DNA of 64,000 nt, taken from assembly GCF_041956535.1 (NCBI RefSeq), contig NW_027192192.1, forward strand, positions 1,215,111 through 1,279,110, written 5' to 3'. A program made the translations under genes and the position numbers. This stretch comes from Calcarisporiella thermophila CBS 279.70 (lineage: Eukaryota; Fungi; Calcarisporiellomycota). Position 1 is the stretch's first letter. Each line of letters opens with the position of its first letter. This document shows, one piece after another, positions 26,482 through 39,532 of the stretch. Under the pieces are notes generated by a model, which was given only the letters and a program-made list of their open reading frames with translations, made no database searches and was not told the DNA's origin.

Positions 26482-26988
26482 TATCGTGGATATGCTGTAT
26501 GAGGGTGATATACTGATTTCTATTCAGCCAATGGATGATATAATTGTAGGGTATAATAGGGTCTAATCTATTAAATATAGGCGATTATTTTCTACTTCAT
26601 AAAGTTGAAAGTATATTTCCTCGAAAATAAACAAATAGCTTTCAACCAATCTCAGGAGAGTTAGATGAATTCGAAAAACGAATCCGAATCACGCTTGATA
26701 ATAATTCAACCTTTTTTTACTCTCAGAAGCGGTTTAAGTATTTTAATAGGGACAAATTCCCAACTTGGAAGAGCAGGAAAGAGACGAAATCTTCAAACAT
26801 GAGAAATGTAGAAAAAAACTCGTCTAGAAAGTAAAAGGACCAAAAAAAAAGGGATATTACAGATTCTAATGGAAACGAAGTAAATATCATAAAGATATTA
26901 ATGTTTACATTAATGCTTACACCATTAAGGATAAGTAATCATGAGCAAAAAAAAAGGCAGGAAATAAAACTAACGAAGAAAACTACAA

Positions 26989-27453
26989 TTAATCACCCTT
27001 TTTGATCTGCCGATAGCTTTTCCACAAACCCCATTCCTCTAACTTTGGGCCGATTTTGGGTGTAACTGCGGCAACGATTAAGAGGCGTAACGGCATCAAA
27101 ATCTTATGGACTGCATAAGCAACCAGAAACATCGTCCACAACGACGGCCCCTCCGCTTCATCGGTACTCAAAGCATCCTTTTGCTCGAAATATCGAGATA
27201 CCCATTTACCCAAATTTTCTCTACAAAAGTCCTCTACGCCTTTTACAGCTCCGGATCCGCCGAAATGCAGTAGCAGGAAGATGAGTGAGAGATCGCCGAC
27301 AGAAAGTAGAACATACATAGCGAGTGCAATAGGGCCATAGGTTTGAATAAGCTTTTTAAGGCCTTTTGCTGGTGGCGGAGAAGATTTTGTTGGATTCTCT
27401 GTTGAGATTTGGTCTGTATTTATTTCAACGTAATCTTTCGTCCCTTGCATCAT
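26989..27453 (-). CDS. DUF1279 / FAM210-like membrane protein
   Basis: Motifs LKKLIQTYGPIALAMYVLLS and FLVAYAVHKILMPLRLLIVAAVTPKI. Confidence 0.8.
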   Translation of the reverse strand: MMQGTKDYVEINTDQISTENPTKSSPPPAKGLKKLIQTYGPIALAMYVLLSVGDLSLIFLLLHFGGSGAVKGVEDFCRENLGKWVSRYFEQKDALSTDEAEGPSLWTMFLVAYAVHKILMPLRLLIVAAVTPKIGPKLEEWGLWKSYRQIKKGD

Positions 27454-28134
27454 CTTAAATGGCAAAGCAAAGAAAAGGCGATGAATTAGAATTCAAAATT
27501 TTGTTGGTGCTCTAGGATGCCGCAGGAATTTTAGAAATCGACATATGTAAAACCTCAATTAAATCAAACGTGATATTTTCAATTGTTATCACATAAATCA
27601 GGTTCAACAAATATTCTTTGATATTTACAGGTTTTTCATAATGCTTCGCCTATTGCTATTATGTTGAAGCATTTGTGGTAACTCGCTTTAAAGTAAGGTG
27701 TGTAGATCAGAACAATGTTATCTATATCATAGATACATTCTCACCGAATCCCCACAACCCACTTAATATAATTGGCTAATAAAGATGATATGTGCGCTAT
27801 AGAGTAGGTTCGATGTGATCAATGAATACCTGATTATTTTTTGTGAAATGCTTATTCAAATCCACTCGACTAAAGCAACCGCCTCTCAAAAAACTTTAAT
27901 GTGATTTATTTAGACATACTATAGGTCTAGGTTGACAATCTCAACATCAACTCAGTTTGATCCTAGCTTGGTTATTCTTGAATTATTTTCGAAGGATTTT
28001 TCTTAGTGTCCTTTTTTAACATGCATATGACTATATCTATCATTAACCCAAAATTATAGAAAATAAAAAGGAATAGGTTATTAAAAGAAGTGTAGTTATA
28101 TACAGCAATATTATTTATTTTTTTGCCGAAGAGA

Positions 28135-28759
28135 TCATCTCATTTCTCCTCCGCTTCCTGTAACAGAATGTGCTCCAGGCGTTGATGGAAGCGCTGATCC
28201 TTGCGACGTCGGATAATCACCTACAAGCAAGAAATAGTATAAGAAATTAGCTACTCTCCTAGAACTCTGTATCTATTCAGGAAATCTTAATTACATTCGT
28301 GGACATCTTCCAATATTTGCACCACCTCCCGCATATCCTTTTCAATCACGCGGGCCCAATTTTCCACATCTCCGAGCTCTTTGAGCGCGCCATTAATTCC
28401 ATCAATCAGAGCCAGCCATTGTTGTGTCTGCTTGGCGAAATTTATGGTTTGTGCTTGGAGCCGCTTGGTATCATGCTCAATAGCGCGTTGATTTCGAAGG
28501 ATCTGTGACGTTCTAGTGCCAAATATCAGGATGTTGTTTACGATTTACAGAATGTATGGCTTTACCGCTCATTGAGCGAGAAGGAGAGATTGGCACTCAA
28601 TGCATTGACGGAGTCGATAGCGTCTTTTCGCAAGAGGTCTATTACGCGTAGGAATAATTACAAATGCACATCAATGGAGATGAAAATAAAAGTCTCACCA
28701 TTCTGTTTGCGAATCTGCGCCTGTTTCTGTTGATGTTCCTTTAGTAATCGAGAGAGCAT
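28135..28759 (-). CDS. BLOC1S1: BLOC-1/BORC subunit 1 (GCN5L1), 4 exons
   Basis: Spliced protein reads MLSRLLKEHQQKQ...NQRAIEHDTKRLQAQTINFAKQTQQWLALIDGINGALKELGDVENWARVIEKDM. Confidence 0.9.
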
Positions 28760-28945
28760 AAACGCAATTTGAGCCGGAATAGAAGCCGCCTTTGTAATCC
28801 AAATAATTACGGCCAATTTTGCCGAGTCTTCTGATTTTTCTAACCAGTCCAAATTGTATTGCCCTTGGACATTTTCTTGTATTTGATTTGTAGTAGTTGA
28901 TTCATACCTACCATTTGGATTATCCTTCTTCATCTCCGCTTTTTC

Positions 28946-31077
28946 ATGCCTGCTCTTCATACTCTGCGTAGGCTTGCACTGCTCTCAGGTGTTTCTCTTA
29001 CTACCTGCTTCATTGCAGACAATGAATTCGGTGGCAAAGTAAACAAACCTGGTCTATATCGCCGTAGTGGTTTGGCTTCATGTTACTTTGTTCTCCATTC
29101 GTTTAGGTTATTCAAAGGACTTCGCGTCTCGCATACAATGGCATGGCAATCGCAATAGATTATAAGCTTAACTTTAAGCCAGAAAAGGCCGATTTAATAG
29201 AAGATTTACATACACGAGCGGCAAACCGTATATTGAATGTCTGTCGGCAGAATGGGTAAATTTTTTATTGCTAGACCTTGAATCTCTCCGTGGTATCCAC
29301 TTTTACTTATTCTGAATCTATCTATCTAGCGGTCTCTACATTAAACTAGGTCAAGGGATAAGTACCCAAGCTGCTGTCCTTCCCGCCCCTTTTCAACGCA
29401 TACTACGTGTATTATACGACTCTGCTTCACACGTCCCATTTTCAAAGATTGTGACAATATTCAAACAAGATTTTGGTAAACACCCAGACGATATATTCAT
29501 AGAGTTTGAGCGAGTTCCTATTGCTAGCGCCTCTATCGCACAAGTGGTTAGTATCTATTTTTGTGACTTATGTTGATTCTTTGGCCGAATTTGATTCTAC
29601 TTTTTTTTTTCTCTTCCATTCCATAGCATCGTGCTCGATTAAAGGATGGGACCCCTGTCGCCGTCAAAGTGCAAAAGCCTGAGATTGCTAAGCAGTTAGA
29701 TTGGGATATCTGGGCCTATAAGAGTAGCTATTGCTGAATTGCCTATTCTTCTCCTTAAGTAACGTTGACTTACAATTATATATTCTTAAGCTCTCTTTTA
29801 TTTATATGAAAAGATATTTGACTTGCCAATTTATTGGTCGACCTCCTACACTGAAGCCCAACTACGCCAAGAGGTATTTCGCTTTGTCCTATATAGGATA
29901 CGGATGACTAATTCGCCTCCTGTTTCACAACTAGACGGACTTTCTCAACGAGGGCAAGAACGCCGAGCTTGCGCGCCGCCATCTCCAAGAAGACGTCAAC
30001 TTACGTGACCGCGTTTATATTCCCGATGTCTACTGGGACTACTGTTCTAAGCGAGTTCTTGTGGCGGAGTGGATTGATGGTGTTCAGGTGACGGAGGCGG
30101 AAAAGGTGCGCAGCATGGGGTTCCGAGTGGCAGATATAATGGATGCGGTGGTGTCATATTTTGCCTTTCAAATAATGCAGAGCGGGCACGTACATGGTAA
30201 GGGGGGAGATGAGGGAATTACAATTCGATTGAATCTGAAACAATCCTTTTCGTTATTTCTTAGCTGACCCGCACCCGGGGAATGTGTTTGTAAGACCACA
30301 CCCACACAGACCATCCCGACCACAGATTGTCGTGCTGGATCATGGGCTGTACATCCATGAGTCGGAGGAGTTTAGGCGACAATACTGTCAGCTATGGAAG
30401 GCCTTGTTCATGATGGACACAAAGAAGGTCAACGACATTTGTCAAAAATGGGTATGCACGCCCGGCTTGAGTCGACCTCTCACTCTCCGTTTCCTAACTC
30501 TATCTATTCACAGGGAATCCGCGAGTCCGAAATGTTTGCCTCCTTCACCCTACAGCGCCCGTATTCTCCCAGCAAGCCTCTCCATCTCTCATCCAGCGTG
30601 TCTCTCGCAGACACCTATCGTCTCCAGTCCGACCTGAAGAACCGTGCCCGCAACTTCCTCTCCGATGCCGCACTCTTCCCCCGAGAACTGCTCTTTATCG
30701 TAAGGAACATGTCGATTGTGCGGGCCAACAACAAGACGCTCGGCTCTCCCGTGAATAGAATTAATATCATGGCACGATATGCGGTTCGCGGCGAGTATGG
30801 CGTGCTTGATGATATTTACGACATACGAGACGTGTCGCCACTGAAGGCCACGGTGATAAGAATAAGCAGAAATTTCCATAGCAGCTGGAATCGGATGGTG
30901 TTCAGGGTGGTTTTGTGGTCGATGAGCGTAGTGTTTTGGTGGACGCAAGTTCGGGATGCAGTGTGGACCTTTTTCGGGGGAAGGAGCGAGAATTTCGAGG
31001 AGTTAATGGATAAACGGCTGGCTTTGGAATTAGAAAAGGTGGGAATTAAAGTAGACTTGGACGCTTTTGACGCGTAG
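28946..31077 (+). CDS. ABC1/UbiB atypical kinase (ADCK1/ADCK5/MCP2-like), multi-exon
   Basis: Motifs NGGLYIKLGQ, PIASASIAQVHRA, VAVKVQKP, VLVAEWIDG, HADPHPGN and LDHGLY. Confidence 0.9.
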
Positions 31078-31601
31078 ACACCCTCGAGGTTGACTTTTTT
31101 ATGTTTTCACTATCTTTCTTTCTTTTTTCCTTTTTCTTGTAAATAAACGAGTACGTTTTCCACCTAACCGTCGTTTCTCCACCGGGAAATTTTAAACACA
31201 TAGCATTTATGTTCTCCCAAGGTTCAGGGCACAAGACGAAGTAGTAAGCATATGGTTCTTTTGATAGCTAAGATGATGCATTCTTTAGAAGGGTGGAAGA
31301 GGAACCCTATATATGCACAATTCACAGACCCTATACAAGACATGAACAATAGGGTCTGTGAATTGTGCATTTGCTCGTCCGACCGGTCCCCCCCCTCCCT
31401 CCCTCAACGAAGATATTTCAGTGTCATCCCCCTGACAAAGGATGGGAAAAAGTAGACAACAGGCCTTTCTTTAAAAGTGACTTTTCTTACCACATATACA
31501 CTTGAATAAATTGTTTATTATGTCTAGATAAAGACTCCAAGAAAGAGTAATAAAGTTAAGGTGAAAAACAATTGAGACAAAAAAAAAAAATAACAAATTA
31601 A

Positions 31602-33650
31602 TTAAAAAGTATTTTTTCTCTCACCTGCCCCCATGCTGCCTTTCAATACCCATCCCATAGCAGCAATCGGATCCCCATTTGCCTGTTCCAAGTACCCTGC
31701 AAGGGTCTGACGATCCACGTGCGGTACCGCAGCACAGAGATCGTCCAGGACGGCGCTGAGCTGTTCAACATTGCACTTCATTTGCCCAGAAACACTTGTA
31801 CCTAAAGGGGTGGATGTAGGTGTGACCGCACGAATGAGATGAGTGTGACGTCGTCGCTGCTTGTGGTCAGGGGCAAGCGACCGGTTATCGGAGAATGCTT
31901 GTAAATGAGTGTTTGGTTGATTACTTGTGCCGTTGGTGCTTAATAGAGGTGGGGTGTAGGCTCTCGGAGCTCCATTTGTCGGGGCAGAAGAATTAGGTGG
32001 AATGCCAGGAATCACCGCCGAAAAACTGGCCGAGCGAACTGGGATCCCATTTTCTGGTATAATGCTACGATTCCATTCTGCATGGGAGGGGGATATTGGC
32101 CGCATCGTTGCAGGTATAGACGAAACGGATGCGTTGGAAGGCGAAGCCGATCGGCTTAGCTGAGCACGATCCATGGGAACTCGTTCTACGGGAGTGCGAG
32201 ACCGGGATCTGAACGGATTGCCCGCGAACGATTTCAGCGATCTCAACCCATTCGACTCTCCAAGATGATCCCCGGAGTTGAATGAAGAAAGGGGGGCAAC
32301 CGATGAGGCTACGCTTGCCTCAGATGCGAATGAGGGTCGTCGATTATCCAGCGACATCCTCATCCCGGAATCCTCCTTGAAGCCTTTATTCGACAAATGA
32401 GGGGTGGATGCTACGCTCAGACTCTCCATGGAAGAGCGTGAGGCCAAGCTTGCCGTTGAGTTTGAGAATTGGTTCGCGTTGAGATACGGCCTGCCCTCCG
32501 ATCCTGCCGAGAGAGGCTGGCGCGCGGCTGTGAAAGCTTGATACTTAGCAGTCAAACTGGTGGGACTTGCGTCTTCATGGCCAGAAACCCATTCACCAAG
32601 CTCGGTGCGGTAACGACGAAGCTCTTTGCATGCATTTGATAGTGCGGCAATGCGCTCGCGTCGAGGAAGGTTGATAAGATCCTTGTACCGGACCGTAGCG
32701 GGGACACCTGACCCTTGCCAGAGGGCCCTCTCCTTCTCCTCGTCATCACTCTCGTGTTTTTCAACCGCGGATTTGAAACTATCTGGGCTTTTTGTTTCCT
32801 CCGGGGAATAGAGCTGTAAACAGTCCAGGTTTGTGTCTGCAAATCCTATAAATGAGATCGGACGACTCTCTTTCTGGTGGTGGTGTGGAATACTTAGGGG
32901 TGAAATGGCGGTATCGAGGGATGGAGCCGGAGATGGCGCATGGGAAGCAAGGTCCGACTCGCTATGTGAGTTGTGAATGCGTACTACACGTGTAAAAGGT
33001 GTATCCGTCCCCTTTGAGTCAGAACTGTCGTTTGCCGGCTTGACAGAGGTTTTGTTTGTTGCGTTGGTGTGGGAATCTTTGAGAGGCTTTTGAAATGCTT
33101 CAACTCGTCTGCTGTGGCCAGAAGAGAGGACAGGTTTAGGAAAAAATAAAGACAAAGTAGAAAGAGGCCATGCTTACGGTTCCTCTGATTTTACAGACGT
33201 AGTCTCCGCGGCTTCAAGGGCATCGTATGCTTTTACTGTAGTCTGCAGCATCATAATCAAGTCCGTGTCTGTCATGGAGACAGGCCGTGCTCTTGAGGTG
33301 GGAGTAGCAAGGCCATTAGCTGTGTGTGAAACAAAAGGTTCAGACGAGCCCAGACTATAGAAAAATGGATTCTCGATCAATAGCTTACACTGTCTTGACT
33401 TTGCAGATGGCCGCTGTGTATCGATGGATGCTCCTCGCTCTATCAAATTAAAATAAAAATACAATAAATACGGCAAGAACTTTAAAATGAAGTCAAGGTT
33501 GCAAAATGAGACAAAAAAAGGTTTGAAAACGATGTTTTTCCTGATAAAAAAAAAAAATGCTTGGGACTTACCGTTGCCCCATTTAAACTCTTCAATGTGG
33601 ATCTGTGGGAGAACATCTGCTGTACCTGGTGAGAAGGGTATAATCATCAT
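31602..33650 (-). CDS. Ser/Pro-rich, largely disordered hypothetical protein with C-terminal CUE/UBA-like domain; multi-exon
   Basis: A 517-codon terminal exon preceded by short exons. The C-terminal LDDLCAAVPHVDRQTLAGYLEQANGDPIAAM resembles a CUE-like three-helix bundle. Confidence 0.6.
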
Positions 33651-35119
33651 CTAAAAAGGACAATAGAAGCCGTGGCACAGAAAACAACCAACCTGAATAC
33701 ATATTTGACGAATTGAGGAAAACTTAAACAACGAACTATGAAAGATATTGAGCAGATTATGATCGTCGTGCGCACAATCCTGAAAGAATCCTTGTGTTTT
33801 CAGAGAACAAAAATACTAAGGCGGATTGTATAATGGAAAGCTAATTAATTAGATGCATAGTACAGACGGGAGCAAGGGCCTTGTGTAGAAAATAGAAAGA
33901 GATAATAAGAGAGGGGCAAGCAGTAATAAAGAATCTCTCAGGGGGATGAGGTTGCTATAGGGGGAATCAATTAAGCTTGTTGATGTTTAGGAGAGGAGAG
34001 AAAAGGGAAAAGTTGAAGAAAATGAAAAATTAAGCAGCGCAATAAAAATGGAAAATAGGAAGAAAAAATTGATCTCCTAAATGATCATAGTGCTTTTACA
34101 CTCTTCTGGAAGGATATCCCGAAGAGTCTTTTATTAAACAAGCAGTGTGATTATACTCATACATATACATGGGCCAAATGCCGTTGGTCCATCGAAGAAC
34201 ATGGCTGGTCTTTAATACCTTCTCGCCCTCTCCCCCACTTTATCTCAACAGAAACCTTCAAAACCATTAGGCTGGAAATCAATCAATGGCAAATCTTAAA
34301 ATAATCCAAGAATCAAACTCAGCCGGATTTATTTTTCACAAAGGCTCAACTGTCCACAAAGACGCTTCTGTGGCAACTCAACCTCTTCTGAGAGGGTAAT
34401 GCCATATCCACTGTGTACTCACGCCCAAGAAGGTTTCTGCTATTGTGCAATATCCTCTATTTCGGACTGCGCGCATTGGAGTGTGGTTTGTCTATGAGGC
34501 AGCCTGCCATTTATTAATGCGAAAAAGGGCAGTTTTTGGGGACTCTTTATCCCCTTGTGGATCCTGCCGGCTAAAATCACCCACTTAAACACATGAGCAG
34601 GAGATGTTGTGGGCATGCTAGAGTAGCATAGTGCGGGCAGACGCGTTTTTTCCTCTGCTTTTGCTCGTCACTCTTCCATTTACTCAACCCAATTCAGACT
34701 TAGGACTACACTAGCATTAGGCATTTCAAGACCTCTTGCATCCCTAGTCTTACTGATAAAAATTATTTCTTGCTACCTATTTCACAACAAATAGCAAGTG
34801 AATCATTATTTTCTTCGGACATGGCCCCCCCCCCATATTTCGTCATTCCTGAGTATGCTGTAGCCACCGCGATGCCGATTGAGGATGAAATACAGCTAAC
34901 CAGGATATTCCTCGAACCTCTTTACGCAATTATCGTATTTTCACTATAGCATTAACTTCGATGTCCCTTCTATTTATAGGTCAGAATCTAGTGGTCTAAA
35001 TCGGGCTACGATAAATAAATACTTCTCAGCTCTGGGGTTTCGACCTAATATTCCTAGCACTCCGACTAAGAAGCAATAAACCTGAGCACAGCATTAACCT
35101 GAAAGCAGTTATTGTGGCT

Positions 35120-35140
35120 TTCTCGAGAAGGTCTAGGAAC
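35120..35140 (+). promoter_or_regulatory. Imperfect heat-shock element upstream of HSP90
   Basis: CTCgaGAAggTCTagGAA gives four 5-bp units with two perfect GAA 10 bp apart, ~280 bp upstream of the HSP90 ATG. Further TTC units lie at 35238 and 35248. Confidence 0.4.
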
Positions 35141-35414
35141 CTCAGCCACCATTCGAGACGAGTACCATCTTGCTCTCCAAGAGGGGAGCAGTCACCTTTC
35201 CGAGAAAGGAGACTGCAGGAAATTAAAATTTCCTAGATTCTTAGAGATTCTCTAGACGAGAAATTGATGGAACCTGCTGGAAACTAATGACGATGAATAT
35301 AAATTTCGCGCAAAAACCTATTCTTTCCTTCATCCTTTCATACCAAGTTTTTATCCCACTTCCACAACCACTCACTCTTCCCCCTTCTACCCACTCATAT
35401 AATTCACCAATACT

Positions 35415-36455
35415 ATGGCAGACGCCGAAACATTTGCCTTCCAGGCTGAGGTCAGCCAGCTTATGTCCCTTATTATCAATGCGGTCTACGCACAAAAGGA
35501 GATTTTTCTGCGCGAGCTCATAAGTAACGCTTCGGACGCCCTCGACAAGATCCGCTATGAGTCCCTGACAGACCCGTCGAAGCTGGACACCGGCAAAGAC
35601 CTCTACATTCGGATCATACCCGACAAGAAGAACAAAATACTCACCATCCAAGATACGGGTATCGGTATGACCAAAGCTGACCTCGTCAACAACCTCGGCA
35701 CGATTGCCAAATCCGGCACAAAGGCTTTCATGGAGGCGATCTCGTCCGGGGCGGACGTTTCGATGATCGGGCAGTTTGGTGTTGGGTTCTATTCGGCCTT
35801 TCTTGTTGCAGACCGCGTGCAGTTTGTCTCGAAGCACAATGACGACGAGCAATACATCTGGGAGTCAGCCGCAGGAGGGCACTTCACAGTGACACGCGAC
35901 CCAAACCCACATCTCTCCCGCGGTTCCGAGATCCGCCTGTTCCTCAAGGAGGATCAGGTCGAGTATCTCGAGGAGAAGCGCATCAAGGAGATTGTGAAGA
36001 AGCACTCTGAATTCATCTCATACCCCATCCAGCTCGTGGTCGAACGTGAGATTGAGAAAGAGGTTGAGGAGGAGGAGGAGGAGGCGGTCGAGGAGGAGAT
36101 GAAGGAGGGGGAGGGTTCGGAGGAGGACAAAAAGCCTAAGGTGGAGGAGGTCGAGGACGACGAGGAGGAGGAGGACAAGAAGAAGGAGAAGAAGAAGAAG
36201 AAGATCAAGGAGTTGAAGACCGAGACCGAGGAGCTCAACAAAACCAAGCCCTTGTGGACTCGTAACCCCGAGGACATCACGACCGAAGAGTACGCCTCGT
36301 TCTACAAGGCCCTCACCAACGATTGGGAGGATCATCTTGCCGTGAAACACTTCTCAGTCGAGGGGCAACTTGAGTTCCGTGCTCTTTTGTTTGTGCCGCG
36401 CCGGGCGCCGTTCGATCTCTTCGAAACCCGCAAAAAGCGCAACAACATCAAGCTG

Positions 36456-36488
<33 letters not shown>

Positions 36489-37553
36489 GAGGAGCTCATC
36501 CCAGAGTGGCTCAACTTTGTCAAGGGGGTGGTGGACAGCGAAGATCTCCCGCTCAACATTTCCCGCGAGATGTTGCAGCAGAATAAGATCCTCAAAGTCA
36601 TCCGCAAGAACCTTATCAAGAAGTGCCTCGAGATGTTCAGCGAGATTGCGGAGGACAAGGAGAACTTCACCAAGTTCTACGAGGCGTTCTCCAAGAACAT
36701 CAAGCTCGGCATCCACGAGGACAGCAACAACCGTTCGAAACTCGCCGAGCTGCTGCGCTTCCACTCGACCAAGTCTGGCGACGAGATGACGTCGCTCAAG
36801 GACTACGTGACACGCATGCCCGAGGTCCAGAAGAACATCTACTACATCACGGGTGAGTCGCGCGCGGCCATCGAGCACTCGCCATTCTTGGAAGTGCTCA
36901 AGCGCAAGGGCTTTGAGGTGCTCCTCATGACCGACCCCATCGACGAGTACGCGGTGACCCAGCTGCGGGAGTACGACGGCAAGAAGCTGGTGTGCATCAC
37001 GAAGGAGGGCCTGGAGCTCGAGGAGACGGAGGAGGAGAAGAAGGCGCGCGAGGAGGAGACGAAGTCGTTCGAGAATCTGTGCAAGCAGATGAAGGAGATT
37101 CTCGGCGACAAGGTGGAGAAGGTAGTGATCTCGAACCGCATTTCGGATTCGCCATGCGTCCTCGTGACGGGGCAGTTTGGATGGTCGGCCAACATGGAGC
37201 GGATCATGAAGGCACAGGCCCTGCGGGACACCTCGATGACGACCTATATGCTCTCCAAGAAGACCATGGAAGTCAACCCGCGGCACCCCATCGTCCGGGA
37301 GATCAAGACGAAGCTGGAGGCGGACTCCTCGGATCGCATGGTGCGTGACCTCGTGACGCTGCTGTTCGAGACGTCCCTCTTGTCCTCCGGGTTCTCGCTC
37401 GAGGATCCAAACTCGTTCTCAGGCCGGATATACAAGATGATTAAACTCGGGTTGTCTATTGACGACGAGCCTGTCGACGGTGGCGACGTCGAGACCACCG
37501 ACGCGCCCCCATTGGAGGAAGCCGGAGAGACCACTATGGAAGAGGTGGACTAG
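35415..37553 (+). CDS. HSP90: Cytosolic heat shock protein 90, intronless
   Basis: Motifs [39 protein letters not shown] and [15 protein letters not shown], with C-terminal MEEVD. Confidence 0.99.
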
Positions 37554-37829
37554 AGAAGTAGAGCATCTAGGATAGCCCAATGATATACTTTTTATGTGAT
37601 TTCGTTTCAAGAGGCTTTCGGCTCTGTTTTCTCTCTTTAAAAGCTTGGGATTCATTGTTAATATTTGTGGCAGACTTTTCTTTTTTGTTCATTGTCTATT
37701 TGCGTTTCTTTTCTAAATAATACTGTATTAAATAAATTGATAAACTTCTCGCATCCTTTGACACCATCCCCCATCCAAGTTTACTCTGCGGAGTGCGAAT
37801 CCGCTCCGTGACTGAGGTCTCCCACTTTT

Positions 37830-37862
37830 ACGCGTCGCTAAATTTTGATTTTGATTTCGCGC
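37830..37862 (+). promoter_or_regulatory. MCB box (ACGCGT) and E2F-like site (TTTCGCGC) upstream of MAD3
   Basis: ACGCGT at 37830-37835 and TTTCGCGC at 37855-37862, 60-90 bp before the ATG. Confidence 0.45.
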
Positions 37863-37920
37863 GCAACACTTGCTTCACGTTAGGAAAGCCCGCCATTCCA
37901 TCAAATCATAACTGGTCGTG

Positions 37921-39260
37921 ATGGCAGAAGATATCCCTGACGATATTCCTGAATTCACCACATTTGAGCACCAAAAAGAAAACATTCTTCCGCTGCGTCA
38001 GGGTCGCAGCGCAAAGGCTCTTGCGTCGATTTTTTCTCTGTCGCCAAGCGGCCTCGACGCCCATCTGGCCGAAGGGCATGCGCGTTTCCAGGCCGAGCTG
38101 GCTGCGCTCACCCCGGACGACGGGGACCCTCTGGATGTCCATCATCGCTATGTCCGCTGGGTCCTTGAGCATTATCCTCAGGGGCACAATCATGACTCCA
38201 ATTTGATTCCCCTGCTCGAAAAAGCAACACGCGCATTCAAGGATGACGAGAGATACAGGAATGATCCAAGATACCTCCATCTATGGTTGATGTATGCAAA
38301 GTATGTGGAGGTGCCACGAGACATATTTGTGTTTCTCTTGCGTAATGAAATTGGAGGCGAGCTGGCTGCGTTCTATGAAGACTATGGTGGCTTCTTGGAG
38401 TCCATCGAAAAGTGAGTTGGGCTGGTACACTGCGGGTGCTCCAGGCTTGGTTGGAAAGGATCATTTTTTTTTTTTTACTAACTAAACAAATGCATCCTCT
38501 ATTGTGCAGATACGATCAAGCCAAAGAAATCTACGAGCTGGGGATCCACCGTCGGGCCCAGCCTCTTGAAAAGCTCCATCGTCGGTTCACACAATTCCAG
38601 CTACGCCAGATGCAGCGCCTAATCAAAGCCGAAGAGGAGGCTGCCCAGCCTCAGCACGCCGACGCCTCCGCCCCTGCTCGGCCTGTACAGCCAAAAGTGC
38701 GCAAAGCTTTGGGGGCGAAGACCACTAAACCCAGCTCCACCTCCGCCGCAGCCTCGTCGACTCCCTCCGCTTTAGCCAACCCTGCTTCTGCCGCCAACGG
38801 AAGAGCTCTGTCTGGATCGCGAGGTTTAGGCGGGGCCGCCACCATCGGGCCGGCAAAGAAGCCCGTGAGTAAAAAAACCAACCAAGCCAAGATTTCCATC
38901 TTTGTGGACCCGGATGGCACGGCTTCCGCCACGGCTCCCGCGGCACCTTGGCCCGATGTCGGGACGGAAACCTCGCGGCGGAAAGAGAATAGGGTGGAGG
39001 CGACGCAATGGCGGGGCGCCAAGCTCCGACAGGCACCCACCGCGTCCACCCGACCGGTTTGCGAGAGAATCGAGGTGTATCGAGACGAGGGCGAGGAAGA
39101 GGAGGCCCCGAACACGAGCGAGAGCGGAGAAGAGGGCGGCGAGGAGAGCTGGAAATCCATCACCATTGCACCCAAAGCTGGCGAAGAGATGAGCGAAGCG
39201 GAGATGCTGATTAAGAACCCGTTCAAGAACTATTCCAGCCGCGAGGTGGATCGGATTTGA
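37921..39260 (+). CDS. MAD3: Spindle checkpoint protein Mad3/BubR1-like (KEN1-TPR-ABBA-KEN2-ABBA, no kinase), 1 intron
   Basis: Motifs QKENILPLRQGRS, DPLDVHHRYVRW, YRNDPRYLHLW, GIHRRAQPLEKL, KISIFVD, RRKEN and RIEVYRD. Confidence 0.88.
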
Positions 39261-39532
39261 GGAGGCAAGGGGCTGACGAGCGAGAAGGGAGAACAAGGGC
39301 CCTTTGTTAGCATTTTTCTTTCACTGTAAACTAATGCTTGTTTCTTGTTAATCTTTGTGTGCAATACTACTCAAGCCTAGACGCTTCTCTAGTCAAGCTC
39401 TATCATTAACTCTATTTCATAAATAAATGAAGAGTACAATACAAGTGGGGTGTTGGGGGGAGGGAGGGGTGGTAGCCCCGCCCCTCCCCCCCCCCCCCTC
39501 CCGACCAAAGAGGAGGAAGGGCGGATGTCAGC

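Noticed and set aside
35241-37534. Long antisense and alternative-frame ORFs over HSP90 (e.g. 310 aa at 36354-37286, 203 aa at 35241-35852)
   Set aside because: Expected shadow ORFs: strong G/C third-position bias removes antisense stop codons, and the translations have no recognisable motifs.
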